Assembly (NCBI GenBank): GCA_019347715.1
Contig: JAHWKU010000009.1
Span: 80-64,079 of the forward strand
Source: Actinomycetota bacterium
GTDB lineage: Bacteria > Actinomycetota > CADDZG01 > JAHWKV01
Direction of reading: 5' to 3'
Length of the DNA stretch: 64,000 nucleotides
The position numbers were made by a program, and so were the translations under genes. The notes below the pieces were generated by a model. That model was not told the DNA's origin, made no database searches, and saw only the letters and a program-made list of their open reading frames with translations. Below, in pieces: positions 63,056 through 64,000 of the stretch (position 1 is the stretch's first letter; each line of letters starts with the position of its first letter).

Positions 63056-63676
63056 ATGCGAACATTTCTGCCGGGTTCAGTGCTCGGGCTCATCATCACC
63101 GGCTTCCTCCTCACATTGTTGAACTTGTTTTCCGTCTCGCCTGAGCCCTCCCACCACCCGATTCAGCAGGTGGGGACTCTCCAGCCGGTTGGGGGTGAGG
63201 CTGATGACGAAGTCTTGAAGGAGGAGAAAGTGGACGGCCTCGCGCCGCGACGTCGCGTTTCTGCACCCAAGCCTCTGGTGATCCGCGAGCCTCAGGCTAG
63301 TGCAGAAGCAACTCCGGGAATCGAAGGAGCAGTTACTCCAACCTCAGCCCGGTGCAGATTCCAGGTCGGCGGATGCATCCTGGAGTTGGATTTTCAGAAT
63401 AGGACCAACGGTTTCGTGACCAGCGTGGATGTGTCATTTGAGTTGTCTCGCTCCGGGGGATCGATTCGCAGGGGCTACATTCTCGGTGGCTCCGAACGGC
63501 TGGCGCCGGCGGCGAGCTCAACGGTCTTCGACCGTATCAACGATATTGCATTCGGTTCGTATGACCTCACGCACTGCGTAGAGTTCTTCGATTGGTTTTC
63601 GGATGAGGTCGACGCTTCCCCCGATACCGCTCGGCCCGAGGAATGTGTCAGCCAAAGAGTCCAGGTCGCGCCCTAA
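63056..63676 (+). CDS. Hypothetical membrane-anchored protein
   Basis: N-terminal TM (LPGSVLGLIITGFLLTLLNLF) followed by a ~170-aa extracytoplasmic region. No family recognised. Confidence 0.5.
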   Translation: MRTFLPGSVLGLIITGFLLTLLNLFSVSPEPSHHPIQQVGTLQPVGGEADDEVLKEEKVDGLAPRRRVSAPKPLVIREPQASAEATPGIEGAVTPTSARCRFQVGGCILELDFQNRTNGFVTSVDVSFELSRSGGSIRRGYILGGSERLAPAASSTVFDRINDIAFGSYDLTHCVEFFDWFSDEVDASPDTARPEECVSQRVQVAP

Positions 63677-63679
63677 GTT

Positions 63680-64000
63680 CTAGATCCAGCACCACGGACT
63701 GGCACTGGTGTCATCGCATCCTCCTCGAAACCACATCCGGCTGTTCCAGAGGTCTTGAGTGAGGCCTCCTCCGGTCAGAACGGGATAGAAGTAGAGCGTG
63801 AGGAAACCGGCTGTGACAATCAGATAAGCGATAACGGTCCACTTCATCGGCCGCGCTAGATCCTTGAGAGAGCCGAGTGCTCCGGCAAGCCCAATCATCA
63901 TGAATGGGACTATGGGTGTCATGTAGAAAATGAACAGGGGCCGCTCAACCAAAAGCCAGGGAAGGTACTGCGCCAGCCATGCAACAAGCACGACCCTCTC
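63680..64000 (-). CDS. C-terminal part of a PMT-family (dolichyl/polyprenyl-phosphate-mannose) protein O-mannosyltransferase; 5' end beyond the window
   Basis: ...AQYLPWLLVERPLFIFYMTPIVPFMMIGLA...YFYPVLTG... is typical of the PMT C-terminal 4-TM module. The frame stays open to base 64000. Confidence 0.7.
   Translation of the reverse strand, partial: ERVVLVAWLAQYLPWLLVERPLFIFYMTPIVPFMMIGLAGALGSLKDLARPMKWTVIAYLIVTAGFLTLYFYPVLTGGGLTQDLWNSRMWFRGGCDDTSASPWCWI

Overview
GC-rich, densely coding bacterial chromosomal window with about 75 protein genes and 2 tRNAs. Families such as the RHH-Clp_N fusion, DUF4177, DUF2795, an LLM oxidoreductase and an Rv0386-type cyclase-ATPase suggest an Actinomycetota-like lineage, but this is inference only. 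Most of the window is ordinary metabolism, transport and signalling: mgtE, mscS, uppP, galU-moaC-mog, pepA, folE, a two-component system, a GGDEF protein, a sirtuin and BNR/sortilin-like proteins. I recognised no rRNA, CRISPR array, transposase or integrase. Five things stand out. (1) A vWA / PP2C phosphatase / Ser-Thr kinase triad of the TerY-P type lies at 6.3-9.8 kb, and its kinase carries a zinc-ribbon, TerB-like and multi-TM tail. (2) tRNA-Ala(CGC) is followed by a ~9.7 kb integrase-less island bounded by a perfect 69-bp direct repeat (the 3' 42 nt of the tRNA plus 27 bp). The island is packed with small-molecule-modifying enzymes and gene relics: APH-family kinases, GNATs, SAM methyltransferases, a DUF4037 nucleotidyltransferase-like protein, HAD, a P-loop kinase and DinB. 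(3) A second ~2 kb module follows, with an APH(6)-like kinase, a decayed HNH homing endonuclease and a third, degenerate att-like copy in a palindromic arrangement. (4) A DsrE-like gene has an in-frame TGA that would create a UxxC motif, followed 12 nt later by a GC-rich hairpin, making it a candidate selenoprotein. (5) There are several local decay or rearrangement signatures: a frameshifted LLM oxidoreductase, an adenylate-cyclase relic, an SDR lacking its Rossmann half downstream of folE, and a truncated MgtE paralog upstream of mgtE. All family assignments come from reading motifs in the translations. No database search was run.
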